From positions 600,001-632,000 of the forward strand of contig NC_020409.1 of assembly GCF_000341895.1 (NCBI RefSeq): a stretch of DNA of 32,000 nucleotides, written 5' to 3'. The stretch is from Pseudodesulfovibrio piezophilus C1TLV30. GTDB lineage: Bacteria; Desulfobacterota; Desulfovibrionia; Desulfovibrionales; Desulfovibrionaceae. Shown here one piece after another: positions 1-8,914 of the stretch. Within the stretch, counting starts at the first letter, position 1. The number at the start of each line of letters is the position of its first letter. The notes under the pieces were generated by a model, which was not told the origin of the DNA, did no database searches, and saw only the letters and a list, made by a program, of their open reading frames with translations. Both the position numbers and the translations under genes were made by a program.

Positions 1-1955
1 GACCAAAGCCTGTGCTGATCTGTGCGACTTTAGCCGGTTGTCTTATTCCACTCTTCGCACTCTTGAAAAATGACTTAGAGGTTCTTTATTTTGTCCAATT
101 CTCCTTAGGACTCATTTCCGGACTTATAAAACCAGTCGGAATGGCCATTTTGGGAAGTAATATTGCCAGGAAATCACTTCCACGCTCTTTTGCATTTCAC
201 GCCTTCTCATATCATATAGCTCTTTTCATCGGCCCCCTGATTGGAGGGATATTTTATATCAAAGGATCAGTTCAGCCCATTTTAATAGGCTTGTCGATAT
301 GCATGGGGCTGAGCTGCCTTGTCAGCATCTTTTTACTCCCAAAACAAACAACAACGACAGTATCTCCTTCAAAACAACACACATCTTTTTCCTTCGGATT
401 ACAGACCCTTGCGCTCTTAATTGCTATTGGTGGCCGTACTATTGGAATTGGATTTCTGGCTGCTTTCTACCCAATATTACTGAGTATAATTCTAGGCAGA
501 GGCATCAAGATCGCCCTCCTTTTTGCCATTCCTGGCCTGGCAACCTGCCTCGGACTTCTGGCAATAAACAGATTTGCTGAACACAAGCCTGATCTGCATA
601 TGACAATTTGTGGCATGCTGTTAAGTTCCTTAGCCATGTTTTTTCTTGGAGAAGCCGAAACCTCCTGGCAATTTATCACCCTTGGATCAACGATGGGCAT
701 AGGTGCCGCTCTTTCTGTTCCGGCATCAATGTCAATGGCATCCGATATATCGTTACAACAAGGTAAGATTTTTGGGACCGCTCACCTGGCAGCAGGTCTC
801 GGTTTTCTGATTGGCCCATTGCTTGGCGGCTTTCTTATTCCGGAACTACACTCTATCAATCCTGTTCTCCAAATTGCAGCCACTCTAGGCGCACTTTCTT
901 GTGTTCCATTACTGTGCTCTGCACTTCAGAGTCACTTTCATTTTGGCAGAGGAATCGCATGGGGAGTTGCACTAACTTTAGCTCTATTTCTGATTATTCC
1001 AGCAGCCGTCAGGAGTAAGGTGCTTTTGCAAAAAGATTCCCATATAAATGATGGAATATACCAATTCACCGATGTTGCTATGGGCACCATTGTCAATCTG
1101 ACCCTCGTCGCTGACAGTCAAAAAAAAGCAGATGATGCCGCTCGAAAAACCCTTACGACCATGCGTGCGCTTCAGCAGGACTTCGACTTTCGCAGTCCTC
1201 ATGGATCCATCGGAAGAATTAATCGAGATGCAGGCCATGGCTGGGTCAAACCATCACAGAGGTCTTTTGGCCTCATCATGAGAACATTGGTCATCAGCAG
1301 ACAATCACAAGGAATCTTTGATCCTTCGGTCGGTGCTTTAACAACATCCCCAATCTACTATGCACTGGATACGCATCTTGCAGAAAAGAAGAAAGGACTC
1401 GTTGATTACAGACTTATTGAGATAGATACTTCAGGAAAGAGAATCCGCCTTGCCAGGATGGGGATGGCACTCGATATGGGGGGAATTGCCAAAGGGACAA
1501 TAATAGATACCGCAGTGACCGTTTTAAAAAAACAAGGTATCAAATCCGGAATAGTCGAAGCAGGCGGAGACTTTTATTGCTTTGGAGACCGAGAATGGCA
1601 CATTGGAATCCGTCATCCTCGTGATAAAAAGCTCTTCGGCACGCTCGCCATTCGAGAACAAGGCGTCTGCGGTTCAGGTGATTATCAACAATATGTCACA
1701 TTCGAAGACAAAAAAGGGAGTGAACGACGACATCATATTATTAACCCTTCCACTATGCTCTCAGCGCACCAATCCATCGGAGTCACTGTCATCTCCGACA
1801 CCGCAGAACGTGCGGACGCTTTGGCTACCACACTCTTTATCATGGGGCCGATCAATGGACAGGAATTCCTCGATAAATATTATCCAACAACCGCTGCGGT
1901 CTGGTTTTCTCCCGATCAATCCGTTATTCTCTCCAAGAACTTTCCTGCCCGATGA
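1..1955 (+). CDS. apbE: MFS-like polytopic membrane domain fused to a C-terminal ApbE-type FAD:protein FMN transferase. The 5' end is off the window.
   Basis: The frame is open from nt 3 to the stop at 1953-1955, so the GTG at 12 in the ORF track is probably internal. The first ~335 aa contain about 11 hydrophobic helices and a Thr/Ser-rich central loop (PKQTTTTVSPSKQ), as in MFS transporters. The last ~300 aa carry ApbE signatures: MALDMGGIAKG, EAGGDFYCFG, GSGDYQQY, RRHHIINPST, ADALATTLF. Confidence 0.8.
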   Translation, partial: PKPVLICATLAGCLIPLFALLKNDLEVLYFVQFSLGLISGLIKPVGMAILGSNIARKSLPRSFAFHAFSYHIALFIGPLIGGIFYIKGSVQPILIGLSICMGLSCLVSIFLLPKQTTTTVSPSKQHTSFSFGLQTLALLIAIGGRTIGIGFLAAFYPILLSIILGRGIKIALLFAIPGLATCLGLLAINRFAEHKPDLHMTICGMLLSSLAMFFLGEAETSWQFITLGSTMGIGAALSVPASMSMASDISLQQGKIFGTAHLAAGLGFLIGPLLGGFLIPELHSINPVLQIAATLGALSCVPLLCSALQSHFHFGRGIAWGVALTLALFLIIPAAVRSKVLLQKDSHINDGIYQFTDVAMGTIVNLTLVADSQKKADDAARKTLTTMRALQQDFDFRSPHGSIGRINRDAGHGWVKPSQRSFGLIMRTLVISRQSQGIFDPSVGALTTSPIYYALDTHLAEKKKGLVDYRLIEIDTSGKRIRLARMGMALDMGGIAKGTIIDTAVTVLKKQGIKSGIVEAGGDFYCFGDREWHIGIRHPRDKKLFGTLAIREQGVCGSGDYQQYVTFEDKKGSERRHHIINPSTMLSAHQSIGVTVISDTAERADALATTLFIMGPINGQEFLDKYYPTTAAVWFSPDQSVILSKNFPAR

Positions 1956-2147
1956 AATTATTGTTACTAATCGGTATCAATCTTGCTTTAATCTCATAAT
2001 AGGTAAATGAATTATAGATTAAAAACATTGTTATGAAAGATACTTAGTTAAACAACGGATCAAAAGAATCAAACACCATCAGAAGTATTGAGCGGATTTT
2101 AGCCTATCGGTCTTAACACGCAGTTTAAATTTGGATCAGGTTTATCA

Positions 2148-3923
2148 ATGAATTTTCTGAGAAGTATCAACATTCGAACAATTCCTTTTGTGATTTGTGC
2201 ATTGATTCTTCTAGGAATTCCTTTTGGAGTAGCCCTCCTTGTCCAGTATGATTACTTACATGATCTGGAAAGAGTCTCTACGGAACGACTCAATTTGTAT
2301 GAAAGTACACTCAAATCAGAACTTAAAAAATTTGAGTATCTTCCCTACCTTATTTCCGAAACAGGCATGGTCGCTCGCCTGCTTAAAGACGGAGGCTCCC
2401 CACAGTCCGTGAGCCAATTCCTGGAAAAAGCAAACACCATAGCCGGTTCATCAGTACTCTATGTCATTAACAAACAGGGAGTCGTCATTGCCGCGAGCAA
2501 CTGGCGTGAAGAGAAAAATTTTCTCGGCCTTGACCTCAGTTTTCGACCATATTTTCAAGACGCTATGCAAAGTATGCAGGGCAAATTCTTTGGTGTTGGT
2601 ATCACGATCGGAGAGCCTGGTTTCTATATCTCACATCCGGTACGCAGCGGAGATGAGGTCGTCGGTGTCGCTGTCGCCAAAATAGTCTTATCCCCCTTAG
2701 AGAATATATGGCAGGAAGGAGGAGAAACCCTCTTTGTGGCTGACTCAAGCGGTGTGATTGTTTTGGCCAGTCGACCAGCATGGAAATACAGAACATTAGC
2801 TCCTCTCTCCAAGGCAACTCTAAAAATAATACATGATCGAGAGCAATACCCCGAATTCAAACTTAGACCATTGTCTTCGAAAACCACAGTCCGTCTTGGT
2901 TTTGCCCGTGAAGTGAGTATTGGTAATGAACGCTTCCTGGAAAATTCCAGATCTATTCCCGGTATGGATTGGACTATCAGCTATCTCATGCCCCAAGGTC
3001 AGCTATGGGAACGCACCCTTGGAACATCTCTGACTTCATTCGTCCTGATTGGTCTTGCCATTCTTACTCGACTTTTTTTTCGAGAACGCCAGCAAAAACG
3101 TTTCTCCAGGTTGCAAGCCATTGAAGCCGGACATATCCGCGACATCAATAAAAAACTGGCACTTGAGGTTGAAGAGCGCAAACGAACGGAACACGAACTT
3201 CGTGCTGCGCAGGAAGAACTTGTTCAAGCGGGTAAATTGGCAGCCCTTGGTGAAATGGCGACAGCTATAGCCCATGAGTTGAACCAACCGATTGCCGCTG
3301 TCAAAACATACATTGCAAGTTGTCGATTGATGCTGAAGCGGGGGAAAACTGAGGACCTTGACCCAACTTTGCAGAAGGTCTCTGAACTCGGCGACCGAAT
3401 GGGAAAAGTTACAGGACAATTGAAATCTTTTGCACGTAAATCCTCTGATAAGAAAAGTGAATTTGACCTTCGCCTCGCGATTCAAGAATCTTTGACTTTA
3501 ATGAAGCATCAGTTTCATGTGGAAAACTGTGAACTTGATTTAAATATGTCGGATGACCCCGTCTATATTATCGGTGACCGTGTTCGCCTGGAGCAAGTCC
3601 TTATCAATCTTTTCAGAAATGCTCTGGATGCCCTCCAGGAGACAGAAAAACCAATTATCGGCGTCAGTCTTCGGCAGGTAAAAGAGCGAGCCAAAATCCA
3701 TGTCTGGGATAACGGTCCCGGCATTTCTGAACAGGTAGACAAACGCATTTTTGAACCTTTTGTAACAACAAAAAAAGAAGGCATCGGAGTTGGGCTTGGA
3801 CTCTCTATTTCCTATAAAATAATCAAAGATATGAACGGAGATTTTCGCGCAGCCAATCGAGAACACCACGGTGCGGAATTTTTCGTTCATCTTCCATTGT
3901 CCAGGAAAAAACAGGATGGGTAA
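2148..3923 (+). CDS. dctB: DctB-like sensor histidine kinase (probable C4-dicarboxylate sensor)
   Basis: There is an N-terminal TM helix, a ~260 aa extracytoplasmic domain and a second TM helix (LTSFVLIGLAILTRLFF). These are followed by a coiled coil, the H-box KLAALGEMATAIAHELNQPIAAV, and HATPase N and G boxes (LINLFRNALDA, DNGPGI, GIGVGLGLS). It sits directly upstream of an NtrC-family regulator. Confidence 0.85.
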   Translation: MNFLRSINIRTIPFVICALILLGIPFGVALLVQYDYLHDLERVSTERLNLYESTLKSELKKFEYLPYLISETGMVARLLKDGGSPQSVSQFLEKANTIAGSSVLYVINKQGVVIAASNWREEKNFLGLDLSFRPYFQDAMQSMQGKFFGVGITIGEPGFYISHPVRSGDEVVGVAVAKIVLSPLENIWQEGGETLFVADSSGVIVLASRPAWKYRTLAPLSKATLKIIHDREQYPEFKLRPLSSKTTVRLGFAREVSIGNERFLENSRSIPGMDWTISYLMPQGQLWERTLGTSLTSFVLIGLAILTRLFFRERQQKRFSRLQAIEAGHIRDINKKLALEVEERKRTEHELRAAQEELVQAGKLAALGEMATAIAHELNQPIAAVKTYIASCRLMLKRGKTEDLDPTLQKVSELGDRMGKVTGQLKSFARKSSDKKSEFDLRLAIQESLTLMKHQFHVENCELDLNMSDDPVYIIGDRVRLEQVLINLFRNALDALQETEKPIIGVSLRQVKERAKIHVWDNGPGISEQVDKRIFEPFVTTKKEGIGVGLGLSISYKIIKDMNGDFRAANREHHGAEFFVHLPLSRKKQDG

Positions 3924-3926
3924 GGC

Positions 3927-5276
3927 ATGCGGCATGTTATTCTGGTAGATGATGAACAGTCTGTTCGCGATTCAGCCCGTCAGTGGCTTGAACTTTCGGA
4001 CTTTATAGTCAAAGACTTTGGTGACGCCCAAACCGCGCTGCACCACATAGAAAGCGATTATGACGGCATTGTCCTTTCGGATGTCAAAATGCCCGGCCTA
4101 GATGGACTCGCCTTTCAAAAAAAGATTGCATCCATTGATCCGGATATACCGGTTGTCCTGTTCACGGGGCATGGTGATATTGCCATGGCTGTGAGCGCCA
4201 TTCAAGGTGGTGCATATGATTTTGTGGAAAAACCATTTGACCCCGAAAGAATCGTCGAAACCATCAAACGTGCTCAAGAAAAAAGAAGCCTTATTCTAGA
4301 AAATCGACGACTAAAAAAAGCCCTGGAAGGCTGCGAGGATATCGATTCCCGCTTGGTCGGAACGAGTCCTCTGATGCGGTCCCTTAAAAAAGAAATTGGG
4401 CATATAGCTCCGACAGTAGCCAACATTCTGATCTTGGGAGAAACCGGTACGGGGAAAGAGGTTATTGCCCGCGCCATCCATAATATGAGTTCACTGAAAA
4501 ATGGCCCTTACCTGGCACTCAACTGCGCTACTATTTCTGTCAATATGGCGGAAAGTGAGCTTTTTGGCCATGTAGGGGGAGCTTTCACTGGGGCACAAGG
4601 CAAACGAATAGGAAAGCTTGAAGCCGCCAATGGAGGAACGCTTTTCCTGGACGAACTGAACTCCATGCCAATGGATGTTCAGGGAAAACTCCTCCGTGCC
4701 CTCGAAGTCAGAGAAATTACTCCTCTTGGAGCTAACACGTCCCACTCTGTAGACTTCAGGCTGATCTCCGCCATGAATGAACCCCCACGAAAGGCAATTG
4801 ATGAGGGACGTCTCAGAGAGGACTTATATTTTCGAATTAACACAGTAGAAATGATGGTTCCGCCACTCAGAGACCGGAAGGAAGATATCCCCCTTCTTTT
4901 CTCTTTTTTTCTGGAAAGGGCAGCTGACACATATGGCAAAACAGTCGATCCTCCAGGACCTGGCAGTATATCGGCCTTGATGGGCTACGAATGGCCCGGC
5001 AATGTCCGTCAACTCAAAAGCCTTGCTGAACGATACATTCTCTCTTCGCTTCCGGCAGAAGAACGAATTCCCAAGCTCCTATCATGTAAGGTAGTTGACC
5101 GAAGAGAGTCGGCAGTATCCCTCAAGGATCAAGTCACCCTTTTTGAAAGGCATCTCATTCAAGAGTCTCTCATACGCAATGATGGAAATATCAAAAGCGT
5201 CATTACCGATCTGAGAATACCCCGTCGCACCCTTAATGAAAAAATGGTCAAGTACAATCTGAAAAGACCTGAATAA
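3927..5276 (+). CDS. dctD: Sigma-54-dependent response regulator, DctD/NtrC family
   Basis: The receiver domain has the IVLSDVKMPGLDG phospho-Asp region. The AAA+ core has Walker A GETGTGKE, the sigma-54 contact loop GAFTGA, and LFLDEL. A C-terminal Fis-type HTH is present (IPRRTLNEKMVKYNL). The start lies 3 nt after the dctB stop. Confidence 0.9.
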   Translation: MRHVILVDDEQSVRDSARQWLELSDFIVKDFGDAQTALHHIESDYDGIVLSDVKMPGLDGLAFQKKIASIDPDIPVVLFTGHGDIAMAVSAIQGGAYDFVEKPFDPERIVETIKRAQEKRSLILENRRLKKALEGCEDIDSRLVGTSPLMRSLKKEIGHIAPTVANILILGETGTGKEVIARAIHNMSSLKNGPYLALNCATISVNMAESELFGHVGGAFTGAQGKRIGKLEAANGGTLFLDELNSMPMDVQGKLLRALEVREITPLGANTSHSVDFRLISAMNEPPRKAIDEGRLREDLYFRINTVEMMVPPLRDRKEDIPLLFSFFLERAADTYGKTVDPPGPGSISALMGYEWPGNVRQLKSLAERYILSSLPAEERIPKLLSCKVVDRRESAVSLKDQVTLFERHLIQESLIRNDGNIKSVITDLRIPRRTLNEKMVKYNLKRPE

Positions 5277-5280
5277 CACA

Positions 5281-5331
5281 TCGGCGGTTTTTTGCTTATG
5301 ATTATATATACTATAAGCAGAAAACCGCCGA
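5281..5331 (+). terminator. Long hairpin or inverted repeat just after dctD. It may be a terminator, an activator binding site, or both.
   Basis: TCGGCGGTTTTTTGCTTAT (5281-5299) pairs with ATAAGCAGAAAACCGCCGA (5313-5331). The arms are 19 nt with one mismatch, and the loop is 13 nt and AT-only. There is no clean T-tract after the stem. Confidence 0.5.
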
Positions 5332-5370
5332 TATCACTTCTCTTCAAAAAATAAACGTCTATTTTACAGT

Positions 5371-5389
5371 GGATTACAAAATGTAATCC
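5371..5389. promoter_or_regulatory. Perfect palindrome GGATTACA-AAA-TGTAATCC next to the sigma-54 -24 element
   Basis: The 8-bp arms are exact reverse complements separated by a 3-nt spacer. The palindrome ends 2 nt before TGGCAC, which starts at 5392. Its function is unknown (operator or architectural site). Confidence 0.4.
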
Positions 5390-5391
5390 CA

Positions 5392-5407
5392 TGGCACACC
5401 TGTTGCT
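5392..5407 (+). promoter_or_regulatory. Sigma-54 (RpoN) promoter of the frd-fum-mae-transporter operon
   Basis: The sequence is TGGCAC (5392-5397), ACCTG, TTGCT (5403-5407), an exact match to TGGCAC-N5-TTGCW. It lies between a sigma-54 activator gene and frdC. Confidence 0.8.
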
Positions 5408-5456
5408 TATTTGTCACTCGTTGCGATCCAATTTCATTTAAGGAGGAGGTTTGGAA

Positions 5457-5612
5457 ATGCATAGGGTGTCTGAAGCACGCCAAAATCCGAATGTGATCTA
5501 TTTGCTCTCGCCGCTTTTGTTGCGTCCGCCAGACGACGCACTCACATCAAGCATGAGGCCCTGGCGTCGCCAGTATCATATAAATCAAGAACAACAGGTG
5601 AACCTAAGATGA
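5457..5612 (+). CDS. Candidate 51-aa leader ORF, translationally coupled to frdC
   Basis: AGGAGGAGG (5441-5449) lies 7 nt before ATG 5457. The translation is MHRVSEARQNPNVIYLLSPLLLRPPDDALTSSMRPWRRQYHINQEQQVNLR. Its TGA (5610-5612) overlaps the frdC ATG (5609-5611) as ATGA. The ORF is below the size cut-off of the supplied track, and I recognise no homolog. Confidence 0.35.
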   Translation: MHRVSEARQNPNVIYLLSPLLLRPPDDALTSSMRPWRRQYHINQEQQVNLR

Positions 5613-6253
5613 AAACCTACACGACATCAGTCCCGGGTGCGTCCCGTATCGACGCCGGTCTCGACTGGCTTCAGATGCTGACCGGAGCAAGTCTGATTCT
5701 CTTCATGTGGTGTCACATGCTGCTCGTCTCTTCTGTGGTGATCTCGCCAAGCATCATGAATGCCATCGCCAATTTTTTTGAGGCTACATTTATGGCCCAA
5801 GTAGGCGGCCCACTTATTTTTCTGACCTTTTTGGTCCATTTTATACTCGCAGCGCGCAAGATACCTTTCCGAGTTGAAGGACAAACAACTATCTGGGCAC
5901 ATGCAAAGATGCTCAAGCACAAAGATACATGGCTCTGGGTTATCCAGGCTGGAACAGCCATGATCATTCTTATTTTGGGAGCGATACACATGTGGGTTGT
6001 TCTCAATGATCTTCCTATTACAGCCGCGAAATCAGCTGCCAGAATGCAACAGTTTTGGTGGTTTATTTTTTACATGATTCTCCTTCCATGTGTGGAGCTT
6101 CACGTCAGTGTCGGTTTCTACCGCATTGCCGTGAAATGGGGCTTCGTGAAATCAGACCAGCGAAAAGGGTTCAAGAAATTCGAAAAGACCCTGTTCACCA
6201 TTTTCATGGTCATCGGTGTCATTACCCTGATTCGCTTTGTAACGTTAGGCTAA
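5609..6253 (+). CDS. frdC: Fumarate reductase diheme cytochrome b membrane subunit (Wolinella/Desulfovibrio type)
   Basis: The 214-aa protein has five hydrophobic helices. Four intramembrane His (residues 36, 77, 127, 165) are spaced like the heme ligands of single-subunit diheme anchors. It lies directly upstream of frdA and frdB. Confidence 0.85.
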   Translation: MKTYTTSVPGASRIDAGLDWLQMLTGASLILFMWCHMLLVSSVVISPSIMNAIANFFEATFMAQVGGPLIFLTFLVHFILAARKIPFRVEGQTTIWAHAKMLKHKDTWLWVIQAGTAMIILILGAIHMWVVLNDLPITAAKSAARMQQFWWFIFYMILLPCVELHVSVGFYRIAVKWGFVKSDQRKGFKKFEKTLFTIFMVIGVITLIRFVTLG

Positions 6254-6266
6254 CGAGGTTCATTCT

Positions 6267-8147
6267 ATGCAAACTTACTATTCAGATCTGCTCGTCATTG
6301 GTGCCGGGCTGGCCGGAGAGCGTGTAGCCTGTGAAGCGGCCCAAAAGGGATTCAAAGCCACCTGCCTTTCCATCGTTCCGGCAAGACGTTCTCATTCATC
6401 CGCAGCACAAGGTGGAATGCAGGCAGCTTTAGGCAACTGTGCCAAAGGTGAAGGAGATGGACCCGACATCCACTTCATAGATACTGTCAAAGGTTCTGAT
6501 TGGGGATGTGACCAGGAAGTCGCCAGGCTTTTTGCTGATGCCGCTCCCATTGAAATGCGTCGCTTAGCGCACTGGGGGGTCCCATGGAATCGCGTAGTTC
6601 CCGGACAGTCCTTCTATTTCAAAGGCGGAGAAAAATTCGAAAAATTTGAAAAAGAAGAAAATGAAGGACTCATAACTGCCCGCTCATTCGGTGGGACCGC
6701 CAAATGGCGAACCTGCTACACTTCAGACGGAACTGGCCATGCCGTTATGTGCACCATGGACAATCGGTGTGCAGAATTGGGCATTGATGTCTTTGACAAA
6801 AAAGAAGCCATCGCCCTTATTCATAACGGAGAATCATGCATGGGAGCCGTGGTTCGATGTCTGCGCACTGGCGAACTGGAAGTTTTTTTGGCCAAGGCAA
6901 CAACCATTTGCACCGGCGGTTTTGGCCGCATCTACAAAGCCACAACCAATGCTGTTATCTGCGATGGAGGAGGACATATCCTCGCTCACGATACCGGTTT
7001 GGTCCCCATAGGAAACCCTGAATCCATTCAATTTCACCCAACAGGAATTGTCCCAACGGATATTCTTGTGACTGAAGGATGTCGAGGCGATGGAGGAACT
7101 CTGCTGGATTGCAACGAAGAACGGTTCATGCACATCTATGAACCGGATAAAGCAGAGCTTGCATCACGCGATGTTGTCTCTCGATGGATGACACACCACA
7201 TGCGCGAAGGCAAAGGGGTCAAGAGTCCATACGGAGAGCATCTCTGGCTTGATATCCGCCATCTTGGAGACAAACACATCTCCACAAAACTCCGAGAAGT
7301 TGATGAAATCTGCCATCACTTCCTCGGGGTTGATCCCCGTACGGAGTTAATCCCGGTCCGCCCCACGCAGCACTATACCATGGCTGGCATCCGAACGAAT
7401 AAAGATGGAGCAGTCTACGGCCTGACAGGTTTGTTCTCTGCCGGAGAAGCAGCCTGTTGGGATATGCACGGATTCAACCGTCTGGGGGGAAACTCACTCG
7501 CTGAGACCGTCGTAGCTGGAGGAATCATCGGCGCAAAGATTGTCGAATTCCTTGAAGGTTACGAGACCAAGTTTGATACGGCCTGCATTAACAGCGCAGT
7601 CAAACAGCAGAAAGAACGAATTCACGATGTGATCCACGGCCGCAAGGGGAAACTCAACGTCTATGACGTTCGTAATGAGATGCAGGAAGCTCTTATGAAA
7701 GGCTGTTTCGTTTTCAGAAATCAGCAGGGGCTTGAAGAATGCGTGGCGACCCTGCAAGGAACCCTGGAAAAATCTCGCAAAGTCGGCCTTGTATCCAGTG
7801 GAGAGGGTCCAAACCACGAACTCGCCGCAACTCTCAAAATAGAAGGTCAGGTTAAGCTTGCCATGTGTATCGCTCAAGCTGCCCTGCAACGAAACGAATC
7901 TCGCGGTTCCCATAATCGGGAAGACTTCCCTGATCGCAATGACAAAGACTGGCTTAATCGTACTCTGGCTTACTGGCGAGAAGGCTCGGACATGCCGGAA
8001 TTTGTCTATGAAGATACCACTCCTGTTTTCGAATTGCCTCCGGGCGACCGCGGTTACGGCGGTGGAACGATCATTCCAGCTGACGAGAAATATGTCACTG
8101 ATCGAACTGTAAAAAGCCCTGTGACCGAAATCGGCAAAAAGAAGTAA
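6267..8147 (+). CDS. frdA: Fumarate reductase / succinate dehydrogenase flavoprotein subunit
   Basis: Motifs seen are the FAD fold DLLVIGAGLAGERVA, the covalent-FAD His motif RRSHSSAAQGGMQA, the active-site stretches HPTGI and TEGCRGDGG, and ESRGSHNREDFPDRND. Confidence 0.95.
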   Translation: MQTYYSDLLVIGAGLAGERVACEAAQKGFKATCLSIVPARRSHSSAAQGGMQAALGNCAKGEGDGPDIHFIDTVKGSDWGCDQEVARLFADAAPIEMRRLAHWGVPWNRVVPGQSFYFKGGEKFEKFEKEENEGLITARSFGGTAKWRTCYTSDGTGHAVMCTMDNRCAELGIDVFDKKEAIALIHNGESCMGAVVRCLRTGELEVFLAKATTICTGGFGRIYKATTNAVICDGGGHILAHDTGLVPIGNPESIQFHPTGIVPTDILVTEGCRGDGGTLLDCNEERFMHIYEPDKAELASRDVVSRWMTHHMREGKGVKSPYGEHLWLDIRHLGDKHISTKLREVDEICHHFLGVDPRTELIPVRPTQHYTMAGIRTNKDGAVYGLTGLFSAGEAACWDMHGFNRLGGNSLAETVVAGGIIGAKIVEFLEGYETKFDTACINSAVKQQKERIHDVIHGRKGKLNVYDVRNEMQEALMKGCFVFRNQQGLEECVATLQGTLEKSRKVGLVSSGEGPNHELAATLKIEGQVKLAMCIAQAALQRNESRGSHNREDFPDRNDKDWLNRTLAYWREGSDMPEFVYEDTTPVFELPPGDRGYGGGTIIPADEKYVTDRTVKSPVTEIGKKK

Positions 8148-8171
8148 CCCGGTTTAAAAAAGGAATCCATC

Positions 8172-8912
8172 ATGGGTAGACAAATAAAATTCGAGATATT
8201 CCGGTATAATCCCCAAAAAAAGGGGGATATCCCGCGTATGCAAACATACTCCCTTGACGAAACCCCGAATATGACCCTGTTCATAGCACTGAATAGACTA
8301 CGCGAAGAACAGGACCCGAGTCTTGTCTTCGACTTCTGTTGCAGAGCAGGAATATGTGGTGCATGCGCCATGGTTATCAACGGACGTCCAGGGCTGGCCT
8401 GTCAAACCAAAACCAAAGACCAACCAGGCCACATCATCCTTCACCCGCTTCCAGTGTACAAGCTGATAGGAGACCTTTCCGTCGACACCGGCGTCTGGTT
8501 CCGCACTATGTATGAAAAGACAGAATCCTGGATTCACACCAGGAAAGTCTTCGATCCAACTGCGGAAGAGGAACGCATGGACAACGCCATAGCTGAAGAC
8601 ATTTATGAGCTGGAGCGCTGTATAGAATGCGGTTGCTGCGTCTCGGCATGTGGAACAGCACGTCTTCGTGACGATTTCATGGGGGCAGCTGCTCTCAATC
8701 GAGTTGCCCGTTTTGTGGTGGATCCTCGAGATGAACGCACTGACAGAGAATATTATGAAGTCATTGGAAGTGATGAAGGAATATTCGGCTGCATGGGCCT
8801 GTTGGCCTGTGAAGATGTTTGCCCAAAAGGCTTGCCCTTGCAGAACCAACTGGGATTCCTTCGTCGTAAAATGGGTATTACGGCACTCAAAGACATATTT
8901 AAAAAGAAGTAA
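8172..8912 (+). CDS. frdB: Fumarate reductase iron-sulfur subunit
   Basis: Three Cys clusters are present: CCRAGICGACA for [2Fe-2S], CIECGCCVSAC for [4Fe-4S], and CMGLLACEDVCPKG for [3Fe-4S]. Confidence 0.95.
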   Translation: MGRQIKFEIFRYNPQKKGDIPRMQTYSLDETPNMTLFIALNRLREEQDPSLVFDFCCRAGICGACAMVINGRPGLACQTKTKDQPGHIILHPLPVYKLIGDLSVDTGVWFRTMYEKTESWIHTRKVFDPTAEEERMDNAIAEDIYELERCIECGCCVSACGTARLRDDFMGAAALNRVARFVVDPRDERTDREYYEVIGSDEGIFGCMGLLACEDVCPKGLPLQNQLGFLRRKMGITALKDIFKKK

Positions 8913-8914
8913 TT

